Below the pieces are notes generated by a model. The model saw only the letters and a list, made by a program, of their open reading frames with translations. It was not told where the DNA came from and made no database searches. DNA of 64,000 nucleotides. It comes from Macrostomum hystrix. Taxonomy: Eukaryota > Animalia > Platyhelminthes. A program made the position numbers and the translations under genes. The stretch lies in assembly GCA_950097015.1 (NCBI GenBank), contig CATNEN010000032.1:620001-684000 (forward strand). The letters are read 5' to 3'. Of this stretch, positions 26,901 through 40,641 are shown piece by piece; positions within the stretch are counted from its first letter, which is position 1, and each line of letters starts with the position of its first letter.

Positions 26901-29900
26901 TTATCCCTTCCTCCTGCTGCCTTCCCTTCTTGAACTCCATTTCCTAGGATATTTCTCATTCCCTCTCTCCCGGCCGAGTGGGCCTCCCGAAGGAGTCCAG
27001 AAGAGAGCAGCAAAGAAGGAGGATGAAAGAAATTGGTGCGCGACCTGAGCTGCAGGGCATGCGGAGGCCCTAACCCACTTGTTATCTGCACTTCCCGTCC
27101 GCCACCGCAGAATGCTCACACCAACGCAGACCCTGCTCAAGCAGCGGACTCGACTTTGCCGCCGTTTCTATTTCACTTTCTTCCCCGCCAAGTTGAATAA
27201 TAATTTAGTCAGTTTTCCATTCCCTGCCAGTTAGTTTATTATCATCGTCTCGGCTAGGGTTCGTTCGAGCGAATGGACAGGAGAAAGGAGGATCGACTTG
27301 AAAGCTAGGCTGGAGGAGGATAAATTTATGCTAGCCACAATCTCCGTCCCGATCTGGGCCTGTCGCACGCTGCGCTGCACCCGGAGGCGCCGCGCGGTTA
27401 TTCCACGAAATCGGATGGGCGCCAGCGGAGCGGAAAAATGATCCGCCAAAATCTCCTACCGCGTTTTGCCCCTGTCACCTCGTATTCGAGCTGTGACTGA
27501 TTGAGTTCGATTTCCCAAAGCGTTTCCTTTCACTCCGAGAGTTATAAACCGCATTCGCCTCGAAGCTTCAAGAGGTTTCGCAAGTTTATTTGTCAATTAA
27601 AAGACGAAATTGCTCAGGAATAAGCAGATTTTTGCAGCTTAGCTCAATCCGAAGCTGTGACCAGCTTTAATCAAAACCCCCATCATATTTGAGCAAGTCT
27701 GACTCTAATGTCCCATGTCCGGTGGTGAGTGGAACAGCGGTCTAAAGTGTTTGCCTCTCGCACCAAGGGCCCTGAGCTCTATCTATTCCACGGCGAGGTC
27801 ACATTTATTTGGGGTGCAGCCGCGGAAAGAAGGCTTGGGTGATTTTCGTGCATTTTAAGCCCATGAGGGCCAACCTCCAAGGCAGTGTGAATGTACACTG
27901 CCTGAAGATGATTATTGTCAGGGCAGATGTACACACCTGTGCTCAGGAGTCAGTGGAATAGGCAGAATTGCCTCCTCGCTGGTTGCGGGTCTAGTGTCAC
28001 CAAATGATGTGCCATCGCCCGCAGCCCTCCTGCAAATATTTCTAGCATAAGTTTTGTGGATAAGGTGGAACTATGCTTGCTTCTTGGTCTAGACAAGCAT
28101 CCTCACTCACTCACACCGAAATTCTAGATCTTGTCGGTCTATTGAATTTATCCCAGCAACAGACCATATCTTTTAATGACACTCGAAAAGACGAACGACT
28201 AGGGTATCAAGCTCGTATTCCTCGCCCAGTAGTCGACTGTTTCCAAGCAGTTTCTAGGGCCTTGGCCTCCTATTATCTTAGTTTTGTCACTTCACAATTG
28301 CTAGAAGAGGAACAGAATGAAAGGGAGAGTTAGTGGTGAGCTTCGTGACAAGAGGTTGAGGGCTGGGCCAAGTAAAGATGATTGACACACACATTCGCTT
28401 TTTGACCTGCGGTTCAAGAACCACCTTCAGCTCAACGAATGACTGATTTTCGATGTCTATGCAATTCATTGTCAAGCTTGTATCCGGCCGGTCGTAGGAT
28501 CGGTTTGTTGTGACTCCTAGTTCATACTGGCTATTGTTCTAGACCACGGACGATTTACAATAGAACAGCGATACCAAGTAACATTGTTCGAGGGTTCAGA
28601 TCATGCTGTTTATCCAATTTTCGACGCAACCCTCCGTCAGCATGTCCCTGAATAGACGCTACCCTCCGTCAGTACGTTCCTGAATGGACGCTACCCTCCG
28701 TCAGCAGGTCCTTGAATCAAATTCCGTCAGTACGTCCCTGAATAGACGCTACCCTCCGTCAGTATGTCCCTGAATAGACGCTACCCTCCGTCAGCAGGTC
28801 CTTGAATCAAATTCCGTCAGTACGTCCCTGAATAGACGCTACCCTCCGTCAGTACGTCCCTGAATAGACGCTACCCTCCGTCAGTACGTCCCTGAATGGA
28901 CGCTACCCTCCGTGAGCACGTCCTTGAATCAACCTCCGTCAGTTCGCCCCTGAATCAGCGCTACCCTCTGTCAGTCCCTGAATGTACCATACCCCCAATA
29001 AGTTCCTCTGTGGTATAGTTTATTGTATGGCTGTTATTCGTGTCAAATAGTTTGGGTGGGAGGCACAGCTCGGGGTGTGACATCATATCATAAGCTGCTG
29101 AATTACAAACCGATAAAAACGAATCGCCGCCCATTTCGCACAGAATTTGACCGCCCATGGATTGTCACAGGGCACCTGAAACCCGCGTGAGCTGGTCAAT
29201 TAGTGTGCTCAGAGGGGGGTCGAGTGCGTTAACAACCCACATCGGGCCGTCTCGCTGTGCCTAACTGGCTCTCCAAGCAGCAAGCAACAGTCGGCCACTA
29301 CAGGCCGTCATTTTGCTGGCATTGTACCAGATCAGAGAGACTCAAAGACTTCAAGAGACTGAAAATAGGTCTGACGCAACAATTGATGCAAAAGATTACA
29401 GGCGACCAATTAAGGACTGCTTCACGCTTGAGAACTAGGGTGTAGCTCACCTCGATTCAAAACAGTTATAGCTCTGTTTAAAAAATTTCATGCTGTGAAC
29501 TCGAATGCTTAAATATTTCATGTTTCTGTCTCCCTCTCACTGTCTCTCATGATCTCTCATCTCCCTCCCTCATCCGCATCTCTCATCTCCATCTCTCGTC
29601 TCTCATCTCCCTCTATCAGAGTCTCGCAGACAATGGGTGTCTTGACACTAAGGCCGCAGACAGTTTACAACACAATTCTTCATTCCATTCCTCACCTCTG
29701 ACCCGGCCTTGCCAGCAGATTTCTAATCGTTCAGCACAGCCAAGAATCCATCGGAAATAGCAGGTGGTGGCACAGGCTAACCGCGCCAGCATTACCAATA
29801 GCAGATGTCAGTCAGCTGGTCATGGGAGTCAGCCATGGAATCCGTGTTCTGTTTTATTGGCCAAATTTAAGAAGCGATTTAGAATCGCAACAGTAATTGT

Positions 29901-32900
29901 GCTTCACTGGTTGACCGAATGCCTTTTAGCTGCTGATGGTGACCCACTGGGGCACTGACCAGCCTAAAAGCAATTAGTGGTACGCAATCACCGAATACTT
30001 GCGAGGGAGACGTGTTTGGATAAACTTGACCTGCAATCCGTTTCCCAAGGCCATTGCTCTTGGATCATGACCCTCTGATTCTCAGTGTCTCTGATTCTCA
30101 GTGCCCCTGATTCTCAGTGCCTCTGATTCTCAGCGTCTCTGATTCTCAGTGTCTCTGATTCTCAGTGCCTCTGATTCTCAGTGTCTCTGATTCTCAGTGT
30201 CTCTGATTCTCAGTGTCTCTGATTCTCAGTGTCTCTGATTCTCAGTGTCTCTGATTCTCAGTGTCTCTGATTCTCAGTGTCCCTGATTCTCAGTGTCTCT
30301 GATTCTCAGTGTCCCTGATTCTCAGTGTCTCTGATTCTCAGTGTCCCTGATTCTCAGTGTCTCTGATTCTCAGTGTCTCTGATTCTCAGTGCCTCTGATT
30401 CTCAGCGTCTCTGATTCTCAGTGTCTCTGATTCTCAGTGTCTCTGATTCTCAGTGTCTCTGATTCTCAGTGTCTCTGATTCTCAGTGTCTCTGATTCTCA
30501 GTGTCTCTGATTCTCAGTGTCTCTGATTCTCAGTGTCTCTGATTCTCAGTGTCTCTGATTCTCAGTGTCTCTGATTCTCAGTGTCTCTGATTCTCAGTGT
30601 CTCTGATTCTCAGTGTCTCTGATTCTCAGTGTCTCTGATTCTCAGTGTCTCTGATTCTCAGTGTCTCTGATTCTCAGTGTCTCTGATTCTCAGTGTCTCC
30701 TAGTCTGTCAAGTTCTCGCATTCTCGTGTAACGAAAAAGAATAAAACCAGAGCTCTTAATTTAATTGAGACAAATATGATTGGCTGGGACAGAGGAGGGG
30801 GTAAACAGAGCGTAGAAAAAAAACAGGGAGGAAGAAAACTACAGGTTTAATTGCGATCGATAATTAATGGGGGAGAGAATTCAGGGTGAGACCAGACTGG
30901 AGAAGGGCCATGGACTAGACATATGTGCTATAGTTAGTAAAAGAAGGGTGCACAGCAATTATAACATTGACTGACCAAATAAATAAATGGACAATAACTA
31001 AATTTCTGCGAAATCTCTTTTCACTAAATATCAAAGATTTATTTAGACCGATCCGATTGAAATCCTGGCTCAGATTTTTTCGTGCACTAATAGGCATTCC
31101 ATGTCCGGCCCAAGCCACACCCTCAACTGGCCCTGGGGACATATGGCTGTTGACAGCCTTCTCAAACCAGACCCGAATTCTCCAGATTTCCCGGGGCTCC
31201 GAGAACTAACTCGTCCCATTCAGAATTCTTCACCAGCTTTTCATCCTAAAGTCCTTTTCCCAAAAATTCCCATGGGGACTATGGGCTCTCGGAGGTCAAA
31301 GTCGAGAATGGGACTTGAAAATACGCGGCCCATTGTCTCCGCCCTGGAGTGGATGAGCCAAGTGCAGACTCCACTGCAGATTAAGAAAATTTTCGGCGCA
31401 AAAAATATTTTCTATTTTTTTCCCTACTATTTTATTTAGTCCCTGCAAAATAATTGGGGGGGAATGCGAACTTGCTAATGGACTCACGAGCCCAGCCACC
31501 AGCCAGCCGTGTGCAAAGATGAGATACGACGGGAGACGCTGGGAGCAGGCAGCGGCGAGAATCCCATGGCTCCGAGCTAAAATGCAAAATTTATTACCCC
31601 CATCTTTCTGGCTGCCCAGTTTGCTGGATTTGCTCCGCTACGTTGTTTTTCTGGCTCGCAGCTGCTTTCCATACTCGGCTAATCTGCAAATTTGACGAAT
31701 GGACTGGGGAGAATTTCCTAGGGCATTGCGGGGAAGTAAGACGTCGGCGGCGGGACTCCCTGAATCCCAAAGTGCCAAATATTGTTATAATGTTCTTTTT
31801 GTGCGAAACGCTAGTGTAGAAACCATCCTAGCACTCGAAGTACCTCGCGATTCACTGAAATCCTCAATCGCTGATATCCCTATTCACTAATATCCCCATT
31901 CACTGAAATCCCAATTCACTAAAATCACGAAGAACTAATGTTTCAGACATCAGGCAATTGAAAGTTGAAACTGATTAGTTTTTCAACCTCCTGCCCCACT
32001 GCAGCCCAATACTGCCAGGTGCATGGCAAGGCCTCGTTAGAAATCTGCCGCGAGCATCTCAAGAATCTGCCAGCGATTGAGAACACCTTCAACTGCTTCT
32101 GCCCGGCAACCATCGACACCAGCAGCAACTACAATCGCTGCATGAGCATCTGGCGGTTCATCTTTGAGCACGCCTGCCTTCACGACCCGCCTAGGAGGGC
32201 GCCGCAGTCGCCGCAGCTGCCGCCGCCGCAGCCGCCGCCGCCACAACCACCACAGCCGCCAAAACAGCCTGACAATCAAGGTCAGTGCCAATTTGATCTT
32301 TCCTGGAATGAGAATTCAGGACAGTCGTCAATTTTTTTAGCAGTAATCAAAGGATTTAAGAAATAGATAGAAGTCGTGATTAGGATTAATCAATGCATGC
32401 CTTCACTCAAAGGCTAATTACTCGCAGCTTTGTGACTTGGCTAACACAACCAACTGGAGTGCTAATCTTATGCAAATGAAATAGTGAAAGCTGGTGAAAA
32501 TGACGCAATCAAAGCCTCGGACTCAGCTTGGGGGGGGGAAGTTGTGCACCTCTGAGCTCTGAGTCTTGAGCAGTTAATGAGCTCGGTGTGAGCTGCGTGA
32601 CCCGCTTAATTGGTTCAGCCTTTCAATCCCAACTCAACTCGAACGGTTGATGATCGATCGATTGCCGAGTAAAAAAACACTATTCTCCTCTCCATTCTGT
32701 CCCAATTTATTCCCTTTGTATTTCCAGATAATGATCTTTCGGCTGAGTAGCAGAGATGACGGAGACTGAAAATCGATCAGCTTTTTCGTCTGCTGCAGGG
32801 TTCCTTTCTATTATAGCTTGCGAAAAGCAACGAGACAGCATGAAAGAGACTGTCTTTAATTTCTTATCGGTTCAGCTAGAATGAAATATTCAGCTTAACA

Positions 32901-35900
32901 ATGAGTGTCTTCTGTACTGCTGTACAGTTTCCCCTGGGGGCGGGATGGAGGTCACTTTGCAAATTGGTGCTGGATGAAGAGAGAGCGCAGCTGACTGACA
33001 GCTCGCTCTGCATGGCCATAGCACGTCTTATTTTCACTTTTTAAGTTTGAACAGGCGCGCACCTCTCCTAGCTGCTGGTTCAGTCTATTTCCATGGCTTC
33101 GAGGCCCGGCCTAGCCTGCCAATTAATTTAATGGGCCTAAGCGATGGGATGACAGGAATAGTGTGCCTTTTTGACGGCCTGAAACTCACGACTGCTTTGA
33201 AAGTTAAGTATTTCCTTCTGTGTTATTTAGACGAGACAGAAACTGAAAGTGACACAGGATAGGGATATTTGGGCAATATAAGACAGGGGAACGATGAGAC
33301 AGCCCGGGAAAGATGTGACATTGGAGAGATGACACAGGGAGAGATGAGACATTTGAGAGATGACACAGGGGAGAGATGAGACATTGGAGAGATGACACAG
33401 GGGAGAGATAAGACATTGGAGAGATGACACAGGGGAGAGATGACACATTGGAGGGATGAGACAGAGGAGAGATGAGACATTGGAGAGATGACACTGGGGA
33501 GAGATGAGACATTTGAGAGATGACACAGGGGAGAGATGAGACAGGGGTGGGATGACACAGGGGAACGATGAGACAGGGGTGGGATGACACAGGGGAAGGA
33601 TGACACATTGGAGGGATGAGACAGAGGAGAGATGAGACATTGGAGAGATGACACAGGGGAGAGATGAGACAGGGGTGGGATGACACAGGGGAAGGATGAC
33701 ACATTGGAGGGGTGAGACAGAGGAGAGATGAGACATTGGAGAGATGACACAGGGGAGAGATGAGACAGGGGTGGGATGACACAGGGGAAGGATGACACAT
33801 TGGAGGGATGAGACAGAGGAGAGATGAGACATTGGAGAGATGACACAGGGGAGAGATGAGACATTGGAGAGATGACACAGGGGAGAGATAAGACAGGGGT
33901 GGGATGACACAGGGGAGGGATGACACAGTGGAGGGATGAGACAGGAGAGAGATGAGACAGGGGAGAGATGAGACACGGGAGAGATTCGACAGGGGAGAGA
34001 TGAGACATTGGAGAGATGACACAGGGGAGAGATGACACAAGGGAGAGATGACACAAGGGAGAGATAACAGAGGAAAGATGAGACAGGGGAGAGATGACAC
34101 AGGGGAGAGATGAAGCAGAGGGGAGATAAGACAGGGGAGAGATGAGGAAGCGGAGAGATGACACTGGGGAGAGATGAGACATTGGAGAGATGACACAGGG
34201 GAGATAAGACAGGGGAGAGATGAGGAAGCGGAGAGATGAGATAGAGGAGAGGTAAGGAGAAAACTAGTGAATCGAGAGTGTGAGAGAGGGAGAGAAGGGA
34301 GAGCGGCTAGCAAGCTAGCTGTGTACTGAAGCGGGCCTAATTGCATGGAAACTACCGCGGCTTGCCTGGCAAATCAAGGCCAATGTAAAAGACCTAAAAG
34401 TGGCATCAGCTTGAAAGCGTCTCGCCCCAGTTTGAGTCGGTCTCCGTGTGAGCAGCTGAAGAGCTGATGAGTGGCAGTGAGGCTGAAGTGGCGGCGCAGG
34501 TGCTGAGCTAGCGAGCGGAATCGCAGCAACCCCGGCTTCGTTCGATGTCGCCTTGGTGCTGCTGTATGCTTGCAGCTTCCTACGATGGTTTTCCCTTTTT
34601 AACAAAAAGGGCTTTCCACTCAGAGTCACCTGAAGCGGTAAAAAAGCAACTTAAAAATGAGCAGAGATGCTTAGAGACTGTTCTGCGCATTAGGCGGCAA
34701 TTTCTTATGCATTAAAGTTTCATTCTGCATTCAATAAGTGAGTAAAAGTGAAATGTGAATTTTATTACTTTTTTATCGCAAGCGCCACGAGCCTTGAGCG
34801 ACTGGTTTTGGAGCTACCTGAGGACTGGGGTGGAGCTACCTGAGGACTGGGTTTGGAGCTACCTGAGGACTGGGGTGGAGCTACCTGAGGACTGGGGTGG
34901 AGCTACCTGAGGACTGGGTTTGGAGCTACCTGAGGACTGGGGTGGAGCTACCTGAGGACTGGGGTGGAGCTACCTGAGGACTGGGGTGGAGCTACCTGAG
35001 GACTGGGGTGGAGCTACCTGAGGACTGGGGTGGAGCTACCTGAGGACTGGGGTGGAGCTACCTGAGGACTGGGGTGGAGCTACCTGAGGACTGGGTTTGG
35101 AGCTACCTGAGGACTGGGGTGGAGCTACCTGAGGACTGGGGTGGAGCTACCTGAGCACTGGGATGGAGCTACCTGAGGACTGGGGTGGAGCTACCTGAGG
35201 ACTGGGATGGAGCTACCTGAGGACTGGGTTTGGAGCTACCTGAGGACTGGGGTGGAGCTACCTGAGGACTGGGGTGGAGCTACCTGAGGACTGGGGTGGA
35301 GCTACCTGAGGACTGGGGTGGAGCTACCTGAGGACTGGGGTGGAGCTACCTGAGCACTGGGATGGAGCTACCTGAGGACTGGGGTGGAGCTACCTGAGGA
35401 CTGGGATGGAGCTACCTGAGGACTGGGTTTGGAGCTACCTGAGGACTGGGGTGGAGCTACCTGAGGACTGGGGTGGAGCTACCTGAGGACTGGGGTGGAG
35501 CTACCTGAGGACTGGGGTGGAGCTACCTGAGGACTGGGGTGGAGCTACCTGAGGACTGGGGTGGAGCTACCTGAGGACTGGGGTGGAGCTACCTGAGGAC
35601 TGGGGTGGAGCTACCTGAGGACTGGGGTGGAGCTACCTGAGCACTGGGATGGAGCTACCTGAGGACTGGGGTGGAGCTACCTGAGGACTGGGATGGAGCT
35701 ACCTGAGGACTGGGTTTGGAGCTACCTGAGGACTGGGGTGGAGCTACCTGAGGACTGGGGTGGAGCTACCTGAGGACTGGGGTGGAGCTACCTGAGGACT
35801 GGGGTGGAGCTACCTGAGGACTGGGGTGGAGCTACCTGAGGACTGGGGTGGAGCTACCTGAGGACTGGGGTGGAGCTACCTGAGGACTAGGGTGGAGCTA

Positions 35901-38900
35901 CCTGAGGACTGGGGTGGAGCTACCTGAGGACTGGGGTGGAGCTACCTGAGGACTGGGATGGAGCTACCTGAGGACTGGGGTGGAGCTACCTGAGGACTGG
36001 GATGGAGCTACCTGAGGACTGGGTTTGGAGCTACCTGAGGACTGGGGTGGAGCTACCTGAGGACTGGGGTGGAGCTACCTGAGGACTGGGGTGGAGCTAC
36101 CTGAGGACTGGGGTGGAGCTACCTGAGGACTGGGGTGGAGCTACCTGAGGACTGGGTTTGGAGCTACCTGAGGACTGGGGTGGAGCTACCTGAGGACTGG
36201 GTTTGGAGCTACCTGAGGACTGGGGTGGAGCTACCTGAGGACTGGGGTGGAGCTACCTGAGGACTGGGGTGGAGCTACCTGAGGTGTTCAATTGAGCAAC
36301 CCTTTCTTGGGTGTGTCAGAAGAGGATAAATGAAGCTGATCGTTAAACCGTTCTGACTAGCACAGCATAGCATTTTTGGACTCGTAAGAGAATCGAAACG
36401 TGCTAATTAAGCCTCATTAATTATAGATCTTAGACTTGAACTGTCAATCAAGTTTGACAGATCGAAGGATTAGAAGGAAGGAAGCTACGTTAATCTTTTT
36501 GAAACCATGAACTCGCTTGAATATGAATAAAGTAACATCACGGCAATAAATTTGCTCTGTTGCCTGCTATAGGTACCTGTTTTACCCACGGACTACTCAA
36601 GTAGACTATCTACTAGTGGTCCTTGATTTTACCTGCAGTGTATTAGCACTACAAGGCAGTTCGTTAAAACTATTAGTACAGTCGCATTGCGGCCGGTAAT
36701 AAATTTGGAAACATCAACACTAGACTAGAAAAGGGAGACAGGGAAAATATCACGGTGGAAGCAGACAAAGGGATGAGGAATGCCTCGGCCTGGCAACCAC
36801 AAATTGCTTTTTTCTGCTGCTTCCCTGGAGACAGCAAAACCTATGACAAACGATGCCTCCCAGTCGAAGGGGGCTCCACGGCAGTCGAATTGCTTTTAGT
36901 TTTCAGTGGCCCGTTGTTTAGGAAAACTGAAATTTTACAACTAGCAGGCCGACTGTTTTTATTCGAAAAGGCTTCAATACAGAATTTCGGACTATTTAGA
37001 GATGGGATCTGAGACTTAGATTGGGGATGAGATTCAGTCAGAAGGGGAGATGGGATCAGAGACTGAGATTGGGGATGAGATTCAGTCAGAAGGGGAGATG
37101 GGATTAGAGACTGAGATTGTGTTGTGCATTAAAAAATCATTTGAAGTGAAATTTGCACGGTTTTTCGACGAAAGTAAAGCGTTCAAAATTAGTTTTCTAC
37201 TGGCTTCGCTTGCCATAAAAAACAAGCATTACGTAATCAGTCCCGATAGGAAATAGCTTGTTATGTTAGTTTCAAAAACACTTTCTACTAATTACAGCTC
37301 TTAAAGTGGTCGCAACCAATTTTACTCTTATCGATTTTTTTACTCGCCAGTAAATTGACTACTTAAGATCCGTTTCTCCCTTCTTTAAAAACTTAAAACT
37401 GGTTAACTTAAAACTAAAAATTTAGAAACTTAGAATTTAAAACTGGTAAATTCGGTAGAAAGATCTTTAGTACTCTACTGTAGCTATAGTATGCTTCAAA
37501 GTCTCACTTTTCATCTGCTTTTAATAAACCTTGGCTTGAGTTTTCGCAGATTTTTAAGTACGAGATAGAAGTAGTCCAAACTAAAAAAAGATTACTAGTC
37601 AGATTCTTACTCGCAATATTTATACGTAAGGTATAATAAAGTGGAGAAAATAAAAATAAAAATAAAAATAAAATAATTTGTTGAAATGAAAAAATTCAAT
37701 TTAAGTCGCAGATTGAATTAAAAAAATCTTTGTTTACAGCAATGCTAATTATACTATATAATAATAATTATTATTATAATAATTGTAATAATTATACTAT
37801 ACTATAATACAATTTTGTTTAAGCTGATTATTTTATCAGAAACCGAATAAATACTTGCTTAAGCTCATAACCTCTAATTTGTTTTTAAAAAGTTCCTGAA
37901 ATTATAATCAATAGTTAAAATATAATTAGAAAGTAGAGATTTACTATAAAAAATTAGGAATTAAATATAAAAAAATTAATTACATCTGTTAATTAATATA
38001 AAAATAAGAGAATAACAATAATATCCTTAATTTGTAACTGCAATTAGCTCTTTTTAATTAAAGAAATAAATTATTACACAGTTCTTGCTTTTTAAAATAA
38101 TTTTTTAAATAACTATTCTTGCAAAAAATCCTTGATTATCTATGCAGAAACCCTGGCAGTTGCTACCACTCAGTCGGCATCATCGTCCTCCGCGGTCGGC
38201 GCTAGCTCCGGCGGCCTTCCGCTACCAATCGCGGGACCTCCGGCCGATGACGGCCGCGGTGGCGACTGTTTGTCCCGTCACACCGCCTGCCTCGACAGAG
38301 GCGTCTGCCGCGGCCATGCGGACAGTTTTCGAAGCAACTGCGTTCCGGTGGGCGATCCGTCCCGCGACTGCCAGCCCAGCCGAGCCGCCTGCTTGGCAGC
38401 CTACGAAGGCCTGCGACACAACGGCCTGATCCCCTGCACCTGCCTGAACCGCAGCGAAGGCACCACTGAGAGGCTCCAGTGCGACACCGTCAGGGCCTTC
38501 TACCAGGGCAACGCTTGCCTCAGTGAGTGCCGGCGGCTGGAAGATTTTTAGGTTTTGTATCACAGTGGCTTCGGAGAGATGGCTTCGGTTAGAAATGGCT
38601 TCGGACTGACTGGGGGTCGTGAGTTCGAATCTTCGAATCCAGGAAAGAATCCAGGGCTTCACTTCATTCAGCTGCAAGATTCGTGACAGCATTTAGCTAG
38701 GGTGGAAATCTATGTCGGTGTGGCGGCCTCCTAAGTCCACGGACTAAACATCTGTACACATTTTATCTAAGATATTTAATTGGACGATTTTTATTTTCAG
38801 GATTCTTTAACGACGCCTACAACAATGGCCTGGTTCCGTTGCGACCAAGAGAGGAGCTTGACCGAGTGGACTTGGAGGAGTCGCTGTCTCCATCGCTGGC

Positions 38901-40610
38901 AAATCCGTCACCAGCAGCACCAGGGGCCACCGCGCCCTTGCCGCCAGTTTATGACCCTATAAAGCGTAAGATTGCGTTGCTAGCCTGGGGTTGGGGCGTG
39001 CTCGGCATAGAAAAGACAAAATCTTAGTATTGGGTGATATTGTATAGGCAGGCTAATTAAAATCCTGCGAAGCGAGGAAAGAAAAGAGCGTAAAAAAATT
39101 GAACAGACCTATCAGAATCGAGGAAAGGGAAGAGAGTGAAAACTAGGAACAGTCCAATCAGAATCCTTGAACAGGAAGATTTTAACCAATATGAATCGAG
39201 GCAACAAAAAGTCGCCTAACTCGAACTGCAGCCGCAAACTGTTTCAACGTCTACCGCGGCTGCGCTCGCCATTACAACTGTCTTCAGCGCTACACAGCGC
39301 TGCGCGAAGCTTGCGAATGGCGCAACGGAGTTTGCGTCAATTACAGCTTCTGCCTGGCCCAACTGGAGGCATTCTACAGCTACGCTGACACCTTCGCCAA
39401 GGATGCCGCCACTTGCCAGTGCCCGGCTGACGACATTGACTGTCGCCAGCAGCTGGAGGCGTTCCAGCCGCGCTGCGCCTACGAAGTGATGAAGCCTGGC
39501 GGCCGGTCCTGCCTTCAACTGTTCGAGGAATGCCAGGAGAGCCACTCCTGCCTGGCCAAGTACACTCACTACAGCCGCATCTGCAGCGCGGACACGTGCA
39601 CAGCCCAGCCAATCGAGTGCCAGCTCGTCCGACGTCTGCTGCTGGGCACAATCCTCACTCAGCGCTGCTCTTGCAGCCACAGCTCCGACGCCCAGCTGAG
39701 CTCGGAGAAGATGCGCGAAGTGTGCAATCGAATGCGCACGGCGCTGTCCAAGCCGAAGTGTCTGCGTGAGTGCTTTTCGATATAAAAAAACAACCAAAGT
39801 AACATTGAACTCGGGGAAAATCACATTGAAATTCGCCTCTCGCATTGCCGGACAGGCTCCGAGACTCACTTGCCTGTAACTGGCGTCTCTGGCGTCAGCG
39901 TATGCGGACGTCAGCGTAGACACGGCCTGCCAGAAGCCCAGCCGCTCCTGCTGGAACGGCTGGCGGGCATCAGCGGAGGCAACACATCGATGATGTGCGA
40001 CCGGTTGTGCCTCTGCACTGAGGACCGCGGCGGCAGCAGCGATGTCACGGACTGCGGGCCCTGCATCCAGACTTTGCCGCCCAGCCAGACGGACGCTCAG
40101 TGCTCGGACAGTCGTCTGCAGCGACAACCTGCCGGCGGGCCAGCCGGCTGCGAGTGCTCGGAGCTCGGCGAGCTAGTCTGCCCGCCTCGACCCGGGCCTG
40201 CTCATCCGCCAGGACTTTACCTGGGCCTCGGAGGCAGCCGCGCCCGACTAGCTGCTCTCCGCGCCGCAGGAGTTCGAACCCCATCAGACTGGGGGCGCGT
40301 CCTCACCGAGGCGCTCCGCCGGATTGTCGGCGTCGATGTCTGCGTTCTGGATGCAGTCAAACAGCCCGGCGACAACGGTGACGTTCTGGCGCGCCTTCGA
40401 GACTCATTTAACGCTGGCGGCGTCGGCGGTGGCGCCGTCGACTTCTGCGTTCGACACCTGCGGCTCCTGGCCTCTCTGGTGGTCGGTCGGGCAACTGCCG
40501 TGTCGCTGGCACCGGAGCTGGCTCACCTTCGAGCCGCTCTTCTCGTTCCCGTCGGCCTGGCCTCTGGCGATGGCAGCTCAACGCAAATGTCACCGTCGCG
40601 TTGGTTTCAG

Positions 40611-40641
<31 letters not shown>

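Noticed and set aside
28488-28521. Weak hairpin (CCGGTC-GTAG-GATCGG) followed by CTAGT, a possible second Helitron 3' end
   Set aside because: The stem is only 6 bp with a wobble, and no matching 5' TC terminus could be identified.
33204-34346. 380/319/275-aa Cys/Pro/Ser ORFs on the minus strand
   Set aside because: Translation of the composite GA minisatellite, open in several frames, inside Gfrl intron 3.
39216-40127. 303-aa minus-strand ORF
   Set aside because: Antisense shadow of GC-rich Gfrl exons 6-7.
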